Positions 25,840 through 36,957 of a DNA stretch of 64,000 nt are shown here, piece by piece. Source of the stretch: an uncultured virus (IMG/VR IMGVR_UViG_3300031707_000002) (taxonomy: Duplodnaviria > Heunggongvirae > Uroviricota > Caudoviricetes); the IMG/VR virus record IMGVR_UViG_3300031707_000002. One strand, written 5' to 3'. The notes under the pieces are model-generated. The model saw only the letters and a program-made list of their open reading frames with translations, ran no database searches and was not told where the DNA came from. Numbering within the stretch: position 1 is the first letter of the stretch; each line of letters starts with the position of its first letter. The translations under genes were made by a program, and so were the position numbers.

Positions 25840-26793
25840 TTAAAGTCGTAACGAAACATACCCCCCACTTGAGAATAAAAGAAACTTCTCAAAATCACCC
25901 TGCACTACCTTTAGTCTATAACGGGTAATATACTCCCAAGAAGAATTACATCTATAGACAGGAAGATTCTCAATAAATCGAGACTTCATAATATTGTACA
26001 CAGACATCATAGGGTCAGGGTTATCTCGTAGCATCTCAATCCACTTCTTGTCACACTTCTTCTCCCCATAGTAGTCAGATTTCAAAAAATTCTCTGGACA
26101 TCCAAACAGGTTTGCCACTTGCACACCAAGCCTGTGCGGGAAACGAGGATACGCCGCCTTCATTGAGTCACTACTATCCCCTCCGCACAACGACCGAAAG
26201 AATGATGTATTTTGAGGCTCACAACCCTCGAAGATTTCCTTGACTTCGGCCACACCCCTCTTCAAGAACTTCTGCCCTTCACATTTATTCCATAAGAAAC
26301 ATCTATCAGAAACAGACTGCATAAGATCTTTATCGTACCCATAAATCAAAACTTCTGGTACAACACCAGAAAACCTCTTTGCCAGTGTATACACTACATC
26401 ATCACCCTCAAAACCATCAGAGGCAGACAAGTATACATGAGGAAACAAAGAAGCAGACTGAATTATCTCAAACAACTTAGACCATATCTCAGGTCTAAAC
26501 TCTCGGTCAGCCTTATACTCGGAATTTTCTTCTTTTCTGGTGTTATTTCTTGAGTCAAGACACAAAATAATAGATGCATCTGGACTTCTTCGTATTATCA
26601 TCAACAAACCATAAAGAAACCCATGAATATCTCCGGTAGATGTTACTATCCCCGTCCGCTCATCCAACATACTGAAATCAGGATACCCAAAAAAAGACTT
26701 ATGAAGTAGCCATGAAGCGTCCACAAGAAATACCTTATTGATATTTCCGTACAGAGGACGCAGTTCTGTCTGAGGTTCAACGTGTGTTTCCAT
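25840..26793 (-). CDS. 5'-3' exonuclease / flap endonuclease (T5 exo / T4 RNase H-like)
   Basis: FLVDAS, CLDS..NTRKE..EYKADR, GFEGDD, DKDLMQ, GGDSSD. Confidence 0.9.
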   Translation of the reverse strand: METHVEPQTELRPLYGNINKVFLVDASWLLHKSFFGYPDFSMLDERTGIVTSTGDIHGFLYGLLMIIRRSPDASIILCLDSRNNTRKEENSEYKADREFRPEIWSKLFEIIQSASLFPHVYLSASDGFEGDDVVYTLAKRFSGVVPEVLIYGYDKDLMQSVSDRCFLWNKCEGQKFLKRGVAEVKEIFEGCEPQNTSFFRSLCGGDSSDSMKAAYPRFPHRLGVQVANLFGCPENFLKSDYYGEKKCDKKWIEMLRDNPDPMMSVYNIMKSRFIENLPVYRCNSSWEYITRYRLKVVQGDFEKFLLFSSGGYVSLRL

Positions 26794-26825
26794 ACCTACC
26801 TATACGAAATATGCCAGAAATCCTA

Positions 26826-26860
26826 AAGAAAAACCCCACGAGACACAATCCCGTAGGGTC
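26826..26860 (-). terminator. intrinsic terminator
   Basis: GACCCTACGGGA-TTGTG-TCTCGTGGGGTT followed by TTTCTTT. Confidence 0.7.
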
Positions 26861-26885
26861 AATATACAACAAATACACATTAAAA

Positions 26886-27347
26886 TCAAGAAATTGAAGC
26901 AACAACTTCGGAAACTGGAACAGGCACAGACTCAGGCTTGCCTGCGCCATTATTCCTTGCCTCTATCAGCTTCTCCATGATACTCTTTACTCTTTCAGGG
27001 ATCTCTGGTACGTCTATGTCCCCGCTCAAAATCGTATCCCCAACCTCACCAACAATCAAAGAACACTTCTGGGATTTCAGACAATCACACAGCAGCTTAA
27101 ACTCTATACTAAACTCTTCCTTCTCAGGATTATCTGTGGGAGAATCATTTTTGAAAAGATGCTGCCTAAGAAACGTCTTCACAGCCTGTCCAACCGCACA
27201 TGTAAACCTCATCTCCCCAATCATTTTTACATCAGGAAGGATAGGTGCCTCTTGAGGACTCGGCTGAAAGAACCGTAGCCTATAAAACACGGTATGCTTA
27301 GTTACATCTGTAACAAACTCGGAAAACTTCACATACGAATGAATCAC
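26886..27347 (-). CDS. hypothetical protein
   Basis: 153 aa with GGAGG SD; preceded by TTCGTATT. Confidence 0.7.
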   Translation of the reverse strand: MIHSYVKFSEFVTDVTKHTVFYRLRFFQPSPQEAPILPDVKMIGEMRFTCAVGQAVKTFLRQHLFKNDSPTDNPEKEEFSIEFKLLCDCLKSQKCSLIVGEVGDTILSGDIDVPEIPERVKSIMEKLIEARNNGAGKPESVPVPVSEVVASIS

Positions 27348-27417
27348 TGAAACCTCCTATGAATGTGATTAAACAAAGACAACACTACTAATAATACGAA
27401 AGAACATAAAAAATACC

Positions 27418-28590
27418 TTAAATAATAGGATACTCAACACACAAAGGGGAAATGTTTATTCCATCTACTCCTGTACCGGTAGGCCAACCTGAAAAAGACA
27501 ATACCCCTGCCTTCAACACTGCAAATCCTAAATTTCCCGATGAATCAATTTCCATACTTGCTGGTAAATTAGCTCCCGGAATACCACCACCAACCTCCCC
27601 CACTATAGAAAATCGGGCACGATTACTTGCAAGTGGTCTAAACCCTACTGGTATAATAGCAGAAGGTAAAGATAATGTTCCCGATCCATCAACACTTCCA
27701 ACTATGTTAGAAATTTCTAACCTAACTACTGTATTTGGATTTATACCCGGATAAAATATCTTCTTTCCATTAACAGAGCAAGTAACAGAATAGAGAAGTC
27801 CTGTAACAAGAACAGAAGCATTATAAAACTCACCTATTGTACTTGGACACACATTCAAAGCATCCTTAACAGTCCTCCCCACAACAGTAGAATCATTCAT
27901 CACCTCATCGGAGTGCTTATCCCGACTTTCAATATATGGAAGAACATCATACCCACCAACAACAAAGCTACAATTTCCAGCTTCAAAAAGTGTAAGTAAT
28001 CCACCAGTTAGTTTATATGGTGTAAATCCTCCACAAGAAATATAAATTACCAACTCTCCAAAATTAACATCATTAGGTAAAAGTGAGGCAGTTACCCACA
28101 ATCTATGTGATCTACCATCACCGATATGATTGTAGCTGCCCCTTACATCTGTAAACTCCGTCAAAACCCCACCAGAAATCTTCCTCTTGAATATTCCTAT
28201 CTTAACATTAGGTAGACTTGTAAGAACATCACATGAAAAAGTAACCACTTGACCAACACAAAGATCCTTTGGAATTTTCTGCCATACAGAATGACTTTTA
28301 ACAGCAAAAGAAGGATCTAAAATATTCCCAATAACTGCCTTAATACCCCCATAAAAAGAAGAAGTATCTACAGTAAATACCTCAGCAGAAGATATTGGTA
28401 ATCCAGCACCGGGATTTACTAAATATGAAAAATTTGAGTCAACATGCCATTTATCTGCAAATTCATCCCCACTATTAATAATAACTCTAGGTAACGTAGA
28501 AGATACAGACAAAAACTGTGGGTTAAAACAATGATTAATACAATTCTTCAACAAAAGAGAAAACCCCTTAACACTTCCACCAGTATTCAT
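27418..28590 (-). CDS. tail-fibre/receptor-binding-like protein
   Basis: CBM-like 'VTFSCDV...HIGDGRSHRLWVT' domain and a C-terminal 'LPSAIIPVGFRP' fibre-type domain; last gene of the tail module. Confidence 0.55.
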   Translation of the reverse strand: MNTGGSVKGFSLLLKNCINHCFNPQFLSVSSTLPRVIINSGDEFADKWHVDSNFSYLVNPGAGLPISSAEVFTVDTSSFYGGIKAVIGNILDPSFAVKSHSVWQKIPKDLCVGQVVTFSCDVLTSLPNVKIGIFKRKISGGVLTEFTDVRGSYNHIGDGRSHRLWVTASLLPNDVNFGELVIYISCGGFTPYKLTGGLLTLFEAGNCSFVVGGYDVLPYIESRDKHSDEVMNDSTVVGRTVKDALNVCPSTIGEFYNASVLVTGLLYSVTCSVNGKKIFYPGINPNTVVRLEISNIVGSVDGSGTLSLPSAIIPVGFRPLASNRARFSIVGEVGGGIPGANLPASMEIDSSGNLGFAVLKAGVLSFSGWPTGTGVDGINISPLCVEYPII

Positions 28591-28622
28591 AAAATTTCAC
28601 TCCCGGTTTATTGTCAAACAAA

Positions 28623-31600
28623 CTATCTTGACTTCAAAAGATGTCGGCCACAAGGAACCATCATTGATGCAAATGCATCCGAAGAAAAAGAACTGTTTGC
28701 AGGATTCTCTGACCCGAATGAGAACGAAATAGCTAAACACCCTGACGAAGTTCTTGCCACAGAAAACACAGACACAAATACCTTATCACCAAAATTAATA
28801 GGAAAGAAAGTATCAAAATCTACTGCCTCAGAACGAATATAGTCACTAACAGCATGAATATTTGCATAAACATCAGAAACATCTTTAATCTTTACAATAA
28901 ACTCAGGGTAAATGGCAAGGTTTGTACATAACCCTTTAATAAAATTCCCTGAATAGAAAAATTGCTGTAAAGCATCTCTAACTTTGTAAGAACTACATGA
29001 TATAGCTCGGACAAACTGAAATGCACTTCCCAAAGAATACTGATTCACAATGTCATTACTCACAGAAAAAGCCCGACCATCAAAAGGTACAACTGCACGA
29101 GCCATAAAAGAATGCATCAAATAATCAACAAGTCCCCCTACAAGACCTCCTACACCATTAAGCTGATCAAGAACATTCACTGCCCCTCGTGCGGGAATTA
29201 CCTGCATATTCTTATACCCAGATCCAAAAGTTGAAACCAGCACAGGACTCTCAGGAACATGGACAACCTTATAATCCTCTTCTGTACTTGATGACCCACC
29301 AGCAAATAATATACGTCCTGCGTGAACCCTTGGAGCATACTCAGCAAACAAAATGAAAGAATCATCTGGCAAACTTCCAATAGAATCATCATACCTTATA
29401 GCATGATCCATCGCACCACGTCCAGAATATGTCCCATTTTGTGAAGTTCCTACTCCACTTCGATCAATCATACCAAGAACAACCTTTGAAAAAGTAATAT
29501 TTCTTGCAGGATTACTAGAGAGAATCTTAAACGACTTTGCCGCAAAAGTCCTGTAAACTTTACTATCCTTAAAGACATTAAAAAATGTCAAAGTCTCAGG
29601 GTATACTGCATCTTGGTATGTTAAATAATTATTCTCTGCCTTCCAACGGGGAACAGAAGATATAGTCCAATACTTCCCATTATTAGAAACACCATAAAAA
29701 ATCTTCTTATATCTTATAGTATTTGCAGGAACTAAATCAGAAAAACCATCTCTCATAACATCAGGAGCATCAGTAGCCTGCAACCATATCTTATACAAAC
29801 TAACCCCACCCTTTGTTTCCTTAATAACACAAACATCGTCAATATAGTCAGGATTAATTGGGGCCGATGAATTACTTAACTGTGTATTTATTGGAGAATC
29901 CCATGTTATTCCATCTGACGACTCTGAATACCACAAAGAGTTATAAGTAATGTCCACATACCATATCTTAAACTTAGAAACAGTTGTATCATAAATAACA
30001 CTAACCCTTGAAGGATAGTAAAGATTACAAGGACTAGGACTTGTCCAAACAACACCATCCGTAGAAGAATATCGAACTAAAGTAATAGTAGACCTGTCCA
30101 CAACAAAAGCCTTATAAGAAGAAGGAGAGTCTTTTACAATTGAAATGCTTACAACACTTACCCCATTTGCTATTCCACTACAAACAACAGGTGAAACAGA
30201 AAAATTATTAATGTCAGTAGACTTATAAAGATAAAAACTACCAACTATACTAACCCAAAACTTGTAATAATCATCAGAATCCTTCATACAACAACCAAAA
30301 GGAATACTTTGGGAGTTAATATGAAGAAAGTCTATCCCATTATAAATCTTATCTGATATAAACGCAAAAGTATTCACTTTGCGTATCTGCTCATCAAATC
30401 CAAGAGGCTCATAAATATTATACCCAAATGGCTCCATCAATGGAGTACCATCTGAGGTCAAATAAATGTTCTTTGCGCCCTTCCATACAGGAGTCCTATC
30501 AAGAAAAGAAGATCCACGAGAAAACTTGATAAAAGCCTCTCCGGTCATTGCGTCAGTTGTGTGTCCATCATTCCAACCCTGACTTGCATAACCACCACCA
30601 AATTGTTGAATAGTTCCAGTAAGAACATTACCAACTAACTGATCCCAAGAAATAGCTACAGGAGCACCGTTATTTGCCCATGTAAACATAGGAGTCTGAC
30701 CTGTAAACTGTACCCTATTAATATCTCCACTAACCCATGCTGCCAAATTTCTTACATCAATCTCAATAATATGTGAGGTAGAAGTATACTTAAAAAACCC
30801 GTAAGGGAAAATATCATCATTACTTCCATTAGGAATATAACAAACACACGACTGAATTTCTTCAGCATCCGACCAGACCATTCTCATACCATCTGGAGAT
30901 GCAGAAATTCCATTATTTGTATTTATTTTCCTACGAATTTGATTCGTACCGGAAAAAGAAGCAGCCCTTATTCCCAAACCTTCAACCTGTTTATTTCCAT
31001 AAATATCTAATTGTGTAGAAGAAGATCCTGTTGGATTTACATACTGTTCATGCCAATAAGTTCCAAGAGAACCAGACATTAATTTATACATTGTTCTCTC
31101 ATAAACTTCACCCAAATCAAAATTACCAAGAGTAACTGTGTGCCGCATATCCATAACATCACGATCAACAATACCACTCGCAGTAAGTAAATCCGGCCTC
31201 CCTGACCCACCATTAATATTATCCAAACTAAACGCACCAGAATTTCTACGTTGTACTAAGCAAATAGGAACACACCAAGCTAACCCACCAACTCCTAAAT
31301 TAGCATCACCGGAAGCTGTAAACAAACCATAATCTCCAAAAGTTGATAAAAAGTGACTTGTGGAATTTGAACCTTTTTGCCCAAACGCCCAAAGACCAGA
31401 ACTCGTAAGAACATTATGAGCAGACAAAGGATTAACAGAAGTTACTACAAAATCAAGACTGAAAACTCTTATCCTATATCGAATCTGAATAAGATGTCCT
31501 GTTGTTTTATCAAGATAAACAGTACCAACTACAGAAGGATGTGTTGAATCATAAGTTCCATTCACTGTACCTATCACATAAGGATAATCAGATGCAGCAA

Positions 31601-32318
31601 TTAAAGTAGGAGAAGAATCATCAGATAACACACCCCCGCCATACTGAGTATTCCCATAGTAGAAAAACTTCGGAACAACCAAGTCAATTCGCTCTCTCCA
31701 AACTTCAAGAAATACCATATCCTGCCTAGTAGTCGTTGGAAGATTAGGAGGTGTTGGTAAAGACACGCCAATTCTATATGCAGAATCTTGAGTTTGTGAT
31801 AGAACAAGCTGATAACCATTTACAAGAGCAACAATATCTGTACCATTACTGTCAGTTTGAATAAATACCTTATTTGTCTCTGAAGAAACACACATCAAAT
31901 CACCAACAACCACATTAACATCAGAAATTAACGAAGCATTCTTAACATCACCAGTATTACCAGAAAGAAACCCAGACGCGGCAAGGCTTCTTCGGTAAAA
32001 AGCCTCACGCTCCACAGAAGACAAAGCACCTGAGCTAAAGTCAACCCCGCTCAAATAATCAATAACATCATCAACTTTCTTAGCGATCAAAGAATCTCTT
32101 CCACCAAGACTCTGAAATACCGGCTTCTCAGCAGGAGCATACACCGGCGTAGATGTATCCCAATAATTGATATTGTAAGGATCACCGGAAGCATAATTCT
32201 GTGAACTTCCCCAATTGAGATAAGAATTAGGATCAGGAGCAGGATTGAGATTAGACCACGGGTTAAGTGAAGCAGGCCCATGTCCTAAGTCATTTTTGAT
32301 CGTTGTTGGAAGAGACAT
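28623..32318 (-). CDS. large tail-fibre/baseplate-associated protein with a beta-propeller region
   Basis: 1231 aa; 'RQDMVFLEVWRE', 'PICLVQRRN...RPD', and repeated YKxW / SxDGxxW (Asp-box) blades. Confidence 0.65.
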   Translation of the reverse strand: MSLPTTIKNDLGHGPASLNPWSNLNPAPDPNSYLNWGSSQNYASGDPYNINYWDTSTPVYAPAEKPVFQSLGGRDSLIAKKVDDVIDYLSGVDFSSGALSSVEREAFYRRSLAASGFLSGNTGDVKNASLISDVNVVVGDLMCVSSETNKVFIQTDSNGTDIVALVNGYQLVLSQTQDSAYRIGVSLPTPPNLPTTTRQDMVFLEVWRERIDLVVPKFFYYGNTQYGGGVLSDDSSPTLIAASDYPYVIGTVNGTYDSTHPSVVGTVYLDKTTGHLIQIRYRIRVFSLDFVVTSVNPLSAHNVLTSSGLWAFGQKGSNSTSHFLSTFGDYGLFTASGDANLGVGGLAWCVPICLVQRRNSGAFSLDNINGGSGRPDLLTASGIVDRDVMDMRHTVTLGNFDLGEVYERTMYKLMSGSLGTYWHEQYVNPTGSSSTQLDIYGNKQVEGLGIRAASFSGTNQIRRKINTNNGISASPDGMRMVWSDAEEIQSCVCYIPNGSNDDIFPYGFFKYTSTSHIIEIDVRNLAAWVSGDINRVQFTGQTPMFTWANNGAPVAISWDQLVGNVLTGTIQQFGGGYASQGWNDGHTTDAMTGEAFIKFSRGSSFLDRTPVWKGAKNIYLTSDGTPLMEPFGYNIYEPLGFDEQIRKVNTFAFISDKIYNGIDFLHINSQSIPFGCCMKDSDDYYKFWVSIVGSFYLYKSTDINNFSVSPVVCSGIANGVSVVSISIVKDSPSSYKAFVVDRSTITLVRYSSTDGVVWTSPSPCNLYYPSRVSVIYDTTVSKFKIWYVDITYNSLWYSESSDGITWDSPINTQLSNSSAPINPDYIDDVCVIKETKGGVSLYKIWLQATDAPDVMRDGFSDLVPANTIRYKKIFYGVSNNGKYWTISSVPRWKAENNYLTYQDAVYPETLTFFNVFKDSKVYRTFAAKSFKILSSNPARNITFSKVVLGMIDRSGVGTSQNGTYSGRGAMDHAIRYDDSIGSLPDDSFILFAEYAPRVHAGRILFAGGSSSTEEDYKVVHVPESPVLVSTFGSGYKNMQVIPARGAVNVLDQLNGVGGLVGGLVDYLMHSFMARAVVPFDGRAFSVSNDIVNQYSLGSAFQFVRAISCSSYKVRDALQQFFYSGNFIKGLCTNLAIYPEFIVKIKDVSDVYANIHAVSDYIRSEAVDFDTFFPINFGDKVFVSVFSVARTSSGCLAISFSFGSENPANSSFSSDAFASMMVPCGRHLLKSR

Positions 32319-32332
32319 TTTTCAAAACCCCT

Positions 32333-32938
32333 TTAGATAGTAGAACCAAATCGAATCTGATGCCAAATATCAAGTTTCATACCTGGAGAAATAGGAATAG
32401 GAGTAGATAGTTGCTTATATGCAATTATCCTATTTTCTTCATTTTCATAAAAAGAACTTGCCCAAGGAACAACAGGGAAAAGACCTTCTTCATAAATAGT
32501 ATGGGAACTAATAGGTTCCCAACCATTAACTTCATAAGTAATAAAAGAATCAGGAGAGGATGGAATTACAACAGTTGAAAAAGAAAGATAAACCCCCTCT
32601 GCTGTCTCATCAGGAATAGGAACAGATAAAGGAGACAAATCAGATACAAGACGAGTCCTTGTAAGATCCATAGGATTACCTAAAGGATCAGAAAATGGAG
32701 AATGAAATCCCAACCCCATATTACTTATTTGTCGTGAAGCATAGGTGATAGGATCAGTTGCCATCAAAGCAACATGCCGCCTACCACAATACGGGATCAC
32801 ATTCTTATCATGGTAGAGTAACGATGGAGTACCACGGAAATCTCTTCTTTCCCACTGATAAATCCAAAGCTGACCCTCTATCATGTCAAAAGTATCAATA
32901 TCCATTAAGAACTCCCTGCAAAAAGTACCATGAATCAA
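32333..32938 (-). CDS. baseplate/tail-fibre attachment protein
   Basis: 201 aa; KNVI...G...EEGLF pattern and position within the baseplate cluster. Confidence 0.55.
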   Translation of the reverse strand: MIHGTFCREFLMDIDTFDMIEGQLWIYQWERRDFRGTPSLLYHDKNVIPYCGRRHVALMATDPITYASRQISNMGLGFHSPFSDPLGNPMDLTRTRLVSDLSPLSVPIPDETAEGVYLSFSTVVIPSSPDSFITYEVNGWEPISSHTIYEEGLFPVVPWASSFYENEENRIIAYKQLSTPIPISPGMKLDIWHQIRFGSTI

Positions 32939-34926
32939 TATGGGTATCCCGTACTCTCATAAATTGGAACAGAGTGGTCATTGTGGTCATATATCCAAAG
33001 TTTATCGTTCTGGCAATCATTGTTATGAAGAACACTGTCACCAGCAATGTTAGGTAATCCATAAGACGATTGAAATTCAAACTTACTAAAAGAGTAGTAG
33101 TTCTGACCGAACGGAAAGTACCCATTTGAGTCTATGTTAAGCTGACCAGCAATACCATAAGAATCAGGAAATGAAAACCACCCGACACCAACATTATAAT
33201 ATCCAGTAACTAACCCACTAACTCTCTTTAATCGCAACTGAATCTCTTGATAAGGGGTCCAATGAAACGAAAATGTCAAAATATTGGAAGGTGTTATCCA
33301 GTAAATCCATTGATTAAGTACAGGTGCCCCAAAAACACCAAGCATAACACCACCAAAAGGATCACCTAAAAAACTTATCAATCTCAACAACAAATTCTGA
33401 GTTGTAGAATTATGCACTCCTGACATCTTTATACTAAAATCAACCTGCGTATCCCCATCTATATTTGAAAAAACTCTCCACCAAACCCCATGATCTACCG
33501 GATTAACTAACGTAGCACAATAATCTCCACTTAGGGGAGGACGAATATCTAAAGCATACTTACCCGTAAATTCAGAGTCCCAACCGGGATCAATTATTCC
33601 ACTACTAAAATCATCCCCCTTGTAAGTATCTAAGTAAACCCAAGATGGAGTTGACAAGGGATTATCGTGAAATTCACACCACCCACGATAAGGATAGCTG
33701 CTATCATACTTATGAGAAAATGGAGCATCTTCTATGTCATCCCACAAAGCACCAAAAGCATTCCCATGTGAAGCAATAGCAATCCCGTCATGCCTTGGAG
33801 GAGGAAAACACGTACTTCCATGCGTTAAACAATTTGCAGGGTTCCAATTAAACTTATCTAAAAACTTACTTGGATTTATACCATTAAGATCAGCCCAATA
33901 ATGTAAGTACGGAAAAATATCGTCAGATATTGGAAGAACATCACCACAAATAGAAGTATCTTGAGGACACTCACCAGTAAACGAAATAGCCATCACAAAC
34001 TCATAAAGCAGGTGGGCAGGAATTACCTCGTCTATCCTTTTCAAAATATCATTAAAAGCCTTTGGTACTAACCCAATAAAATAGGAAAGTTCTGGTACTA
34101 TTCGTATTATTGAATCTGGGTAATAAACCCACTGGTCAACTGGCTTATCTTCCCAATGACCGGGACTACTTTCATATTTATTCTCAGAAGGAACATCCCC
34201 ATAATGCATAACTCGTGTATCAAGTCTGTTATTCCTGTTTGACCACACATAGAAAATATTTACAGTCTTACCAATAGCCTCAAAAAGAACCTCATACCCG
34301 CGAGGTACGCCTTTTAACTTATACCATTGAGTTGCCCACTTAACTTCATTTCTTCTTGTCTTTTCAGAGGAAAGAGCATTGTATGAAGACCAATACATAG
34401 GACTAACATCAGGAATCTTCCCAACATTACTAGTCTCGTTTATGCTTATATATGTATCACCACCATAAGTAACTACATCATTAACAGAATAAGAATTACT
34501 GACAGACCAGGGGGTTCCTACAGCACTTGAAGGAGTAAGTATTAAATCTTGAAAAATAAACTCATACCCGATATTCCTTGCCAAATAGGTAAGCAACGAT
34601 ATTGGAACATCATCAGGATCAACCAAGGTAGCCAGCTTCTTAATCTCGTCTCGAAGACTCTGCATTGCGTCTATGGTATTCCCGTGTACATCAACAAACG
34701 AAGACGCACCCTCCAAGAAAACCTTCTGCACTAAGTAAAGCACATACCGAAGTATCCCACGCCCGTTTGGATCTTCGGTAGGTAACTGTGCAGAAGCATA
34801 CGACGGCTCTGAAGGAAGAATAGCCCTATTCTCCACATCCCCGTCTACATGCTTATCAGTAGAATCAGGAGGATCTGCCCAATCCCCCTGACCCTGCCTC
34901 CAGAAATTTCGTCGCGTCCAATCCAT
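32935..34926 (-). CDS. P2 gpI-like baseplate protein with an inserted CBM5/12-like module
   Basis: VDPDDVPISLLTYLARNIG...WYKLKG..GYE...IDEVIPAH; insert WSVSNSYSVNDVVTYGGDTY...PMYW. Confidence 0.7.
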   Translation of the reverse strand: MDWTRRNFWRQGQGDWADPPDSTDKHVDGDVENRAILPSEPSYASAQLPTEDPNGRGILRYVLYLVQKVFLEGASSFVDVHGNTIDAMQSLRDEIKKLATLVDPDDVPISLLTYLARNIGYEFIFQDLILTPSSAVGTPWSVSNSYSVNDVVTYGGDTYISINETSNVGKIPDVSPMYWSSYNALSSEKTRRNEVKWATQWYKLKGVPRGYEVLFEAIGKTVNIFYVWSNRNNRLDTRVMHYGDVPSENKYESSPGHWEDKPVDQWVYYPDSIIRIVPELSYFIGLVPKAFNDILKRIDEVIPAHLLYEFVMAISFTGECPQDTSICGDVLPISDDIFPYLHYWADLNGINPSKFLDKFNWNPANCLTHGSTCFPPPRHDGIAIASHGNAFGALWDDIEDAPFSHKYDSSYPYRGWCEFHDNPLSTPSWVYLDTYKGDDFSSGIIDPGWDSEFTGKYALDIRPPLSGDYCATLVNPVDHGVWWRVFSNIDGDTQVDFSIKMSGVHNSTTQNLLLRLISFLGDPFGGVMLGVFGAPVLNQWIYWITPSNILTFSFHWTPYQEIQLRLKRVSGLVTGYYNVGVGWFSFPDSYGIAGQLNIDSNGYFPFGQNYYSFSKFEFQSSYGLPNIAGDSVLHNNDCQNDKLWIYDHNDHSVPIYESTGYPY

Positions 34927-34935
34927 TAAACTGCC

Positions 34936-36954
34936 TTATGGTGACGATGGAACATACAACGTAATATACACGTCATTAAGAGTAAATAAATAATTTACTC
35001 CGTAAATATCCTTCGTATCATCAATAATCTCATTCCCCCATGTTACACTATATAATTTTAAATTAAAAGAAATAACTCCGGGTGTGTTTCCTATTACAGT
35101 ATATAGTAAGTATTTCTTTAATGAATCCCCCGGAACAAAAGTTGAAAACAAATCATACAATGCTTTCTTAATAGAATTAGTTACTTCAACCTTATCATAC
35201 TTTTCATCTATTATCAAACTATCAATAACAACATTAACAGTATCAGAAAAACCCTCCAACACCTTAGTTTGAACAACTGTCATCCCAACATCACCTTGAC
35301 GAGAACCATTATCATAATTACCCTTATTAAGATAATCTTCCAATTCTAGTACAATAGCATTTTTACTTGGAGACATACTTGACGGTGGAAGATATTTTGT
35401 AGAAACAACGTCACTTCCAGAAGCAGCGTTACCGTTCACATCTATGTAAACAGGACACCAAATATAAACAAACATCACATTACACATATAAGACGGGTAA
35501 TACACATTAACAGTTAAATCCGGGGCAACTATGTCAACAACAAATATTCCGGGGGATGTCTCCTTTACCGGAACTTGTAAAGCAGTAGACGAGTCGTTCT
35601 GAGGTCTTACTATAGCAGCTTTCCCTACAGCACCATAAGTAGGAGAAACATACTTCAGAGCCAACACAAGAAAATCATTCTTTGTAATAGCCCTCTCAGT
35701 TGTCTTAAACCATCCGGGGGCAAGATACCTGATATGGTCCAAACTCTCACGATCAACCCCTCCAAACCCTCCAGATGTACTCTTGTTATCTACTGTGAAC
35801 TGATTATCAATAAGGTCAATAAACCCTGAAACATTCGCTGATATAGCTCCCTTAATAACAGAATTACCAATCACACCACCACCTACACGATAGAACAAAA
35901 CAACATCCAAACCAGCCGGAGGCAATGCCCCATGAGTAACACCATCACCAAAGATGATTTTGATGTTCCCTTGGTCTGTAAACTGTACTGTGTAAACCTG
36001 CTCAGTTGGTGATGCCAAGACAAGAGTATTTTTTGACTTTTGTTCCCACCGTGTTCCATTGACAAAAACTACCCACGAATCCTCTATGACATTTCCAGTA
36101 GAAGAAACAAAAGAAGGAAACAACACTCCCGGCTGAGGAATAAACACATCAGCCTTCGATGTCCCCTCAAGTAAAGCTAACCCATAAACACTCTCACCGG
36201 GAACAACAACCCACCAACCCGGATCAAGTGCATCCCCCGGAATATGCCCAACATTTCCATCTTGCTGACTTGCATAAGTCAAATCATTATAGACACATTT
36301 CTTACCAGAATCAAAAGAATAAGCAACACCCCAAAACAAAGGATATTCCCCAACAAAAACAGTGTTTGGAAATTGAGAATCTTCATCTATCTTGTAAGAA
36401 CTACCATCATACCTAACAGTAACCTTCTTGTAATCAGATAAACCAACAGAAGGGAAATCAAGAAGGTTCTCGCCCCCGTCATTCTTAAAGTAAGCCAACT
36501 CAAAATTCAAATTATCTACGGAGATACTTGATGGAGGAACAAGAGACTTCGTAGATGTATCAAAGTATGCCCCACGAAGTATCAAAGTTTTTGGAACTGG
36601 AAGTGTAGGAATAGTCGGAGCACCACGAACAGGAACCCTTGCGGCAACAGGAGCAGTTGGAGTATACCCAAGAAGGTTAGTTATATGAAGCATCCCACGG
36701 TATCTCTCAACAGTATCAATAAAGCTATTATTAGCAACTTTATCCATGTTGAAAGACATAACATCTGACAGGTAGCTTATCAAGTCTATAAAAGCAACAC
36801 CAATATTAGACTCAAATAAGTCATTCCAATACGGTGAGTCATGCGCCTGCACCCAAGCACTCAATGACTCCTTCATCAAAGCAAAATCTCGTGAAGAGTA
36901 TCTTACTTCTGGTAACGGCTGAAATGTCTTTTGAACTAACGAAGAAATAGCCAT
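34936..36954 (-). CDS. baseplate wedge protein (gpJ / T4 gp6-like)
   Basis: YSSRDF..WNDLFESNIG..FIDLISY, IIFGDG..G.LP, YRVGGGVIGN, GGVDRES, RAITKND. Confidence 0.85.
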   Translation of the reverse strand: MAISSLVQKTFQPLPEVRYSSRDFALMKESLSAWVQAHDSPYWNDLFESNIGVAFIDLISYLSDVMSFNMDKVANNSFIDTVERYRGMLHITNLLGYTPTAPVAARVPVRGAPTIPTLPVPKTLILRGAYFDTSTKSLVPPSSISVDNLNFELAYFKNDGGENLLDFPSVGLSDYKKVTVRYDGSSYKIDEDSQFPNTVFVGEYPLFWGVAYSFDSGKKCVYNDLTYASQQDGNVGHIPGDALDPGWWVVVPGESVYGLALLEGTSKADVFIPQPGVLFPSFVSSTGNVIEDSWVVFVNGTRWEQKSKNTLVLASPTEQVYTVQFTDQGNIKIIFGDGVTHGALPPAGLDVVLFYRVGGGVIGNSVIKGAISANVSGFIDLIDNQFTVDNKSTSGGFGGVDRESLDHIRYLAPGWFKTTERAITKNDFLVLALKYVSPTYGAVGKAAIVRPQNDSSTALQVPVKETSPGIFVVDIVAPDLTVNVYYPSYMCNVMFVYIWCPVYIDVNGNAASGSDVVSTKYLPPSSMSPSKNAIVLELEDYLNKGNYDNGSRQGDVGMTVVQTKVLEGFSDTVNVVIDSLIIDEKYDKVEVTNSIKKALYDLFSTFVPGDSLKKYLLYTVIGNTPGVISFNLKLYSVTWGNEIIDDTKDIYGVNYLFTLNDVYITLYVPSSP

Positions 36955-36957
36955 AGT

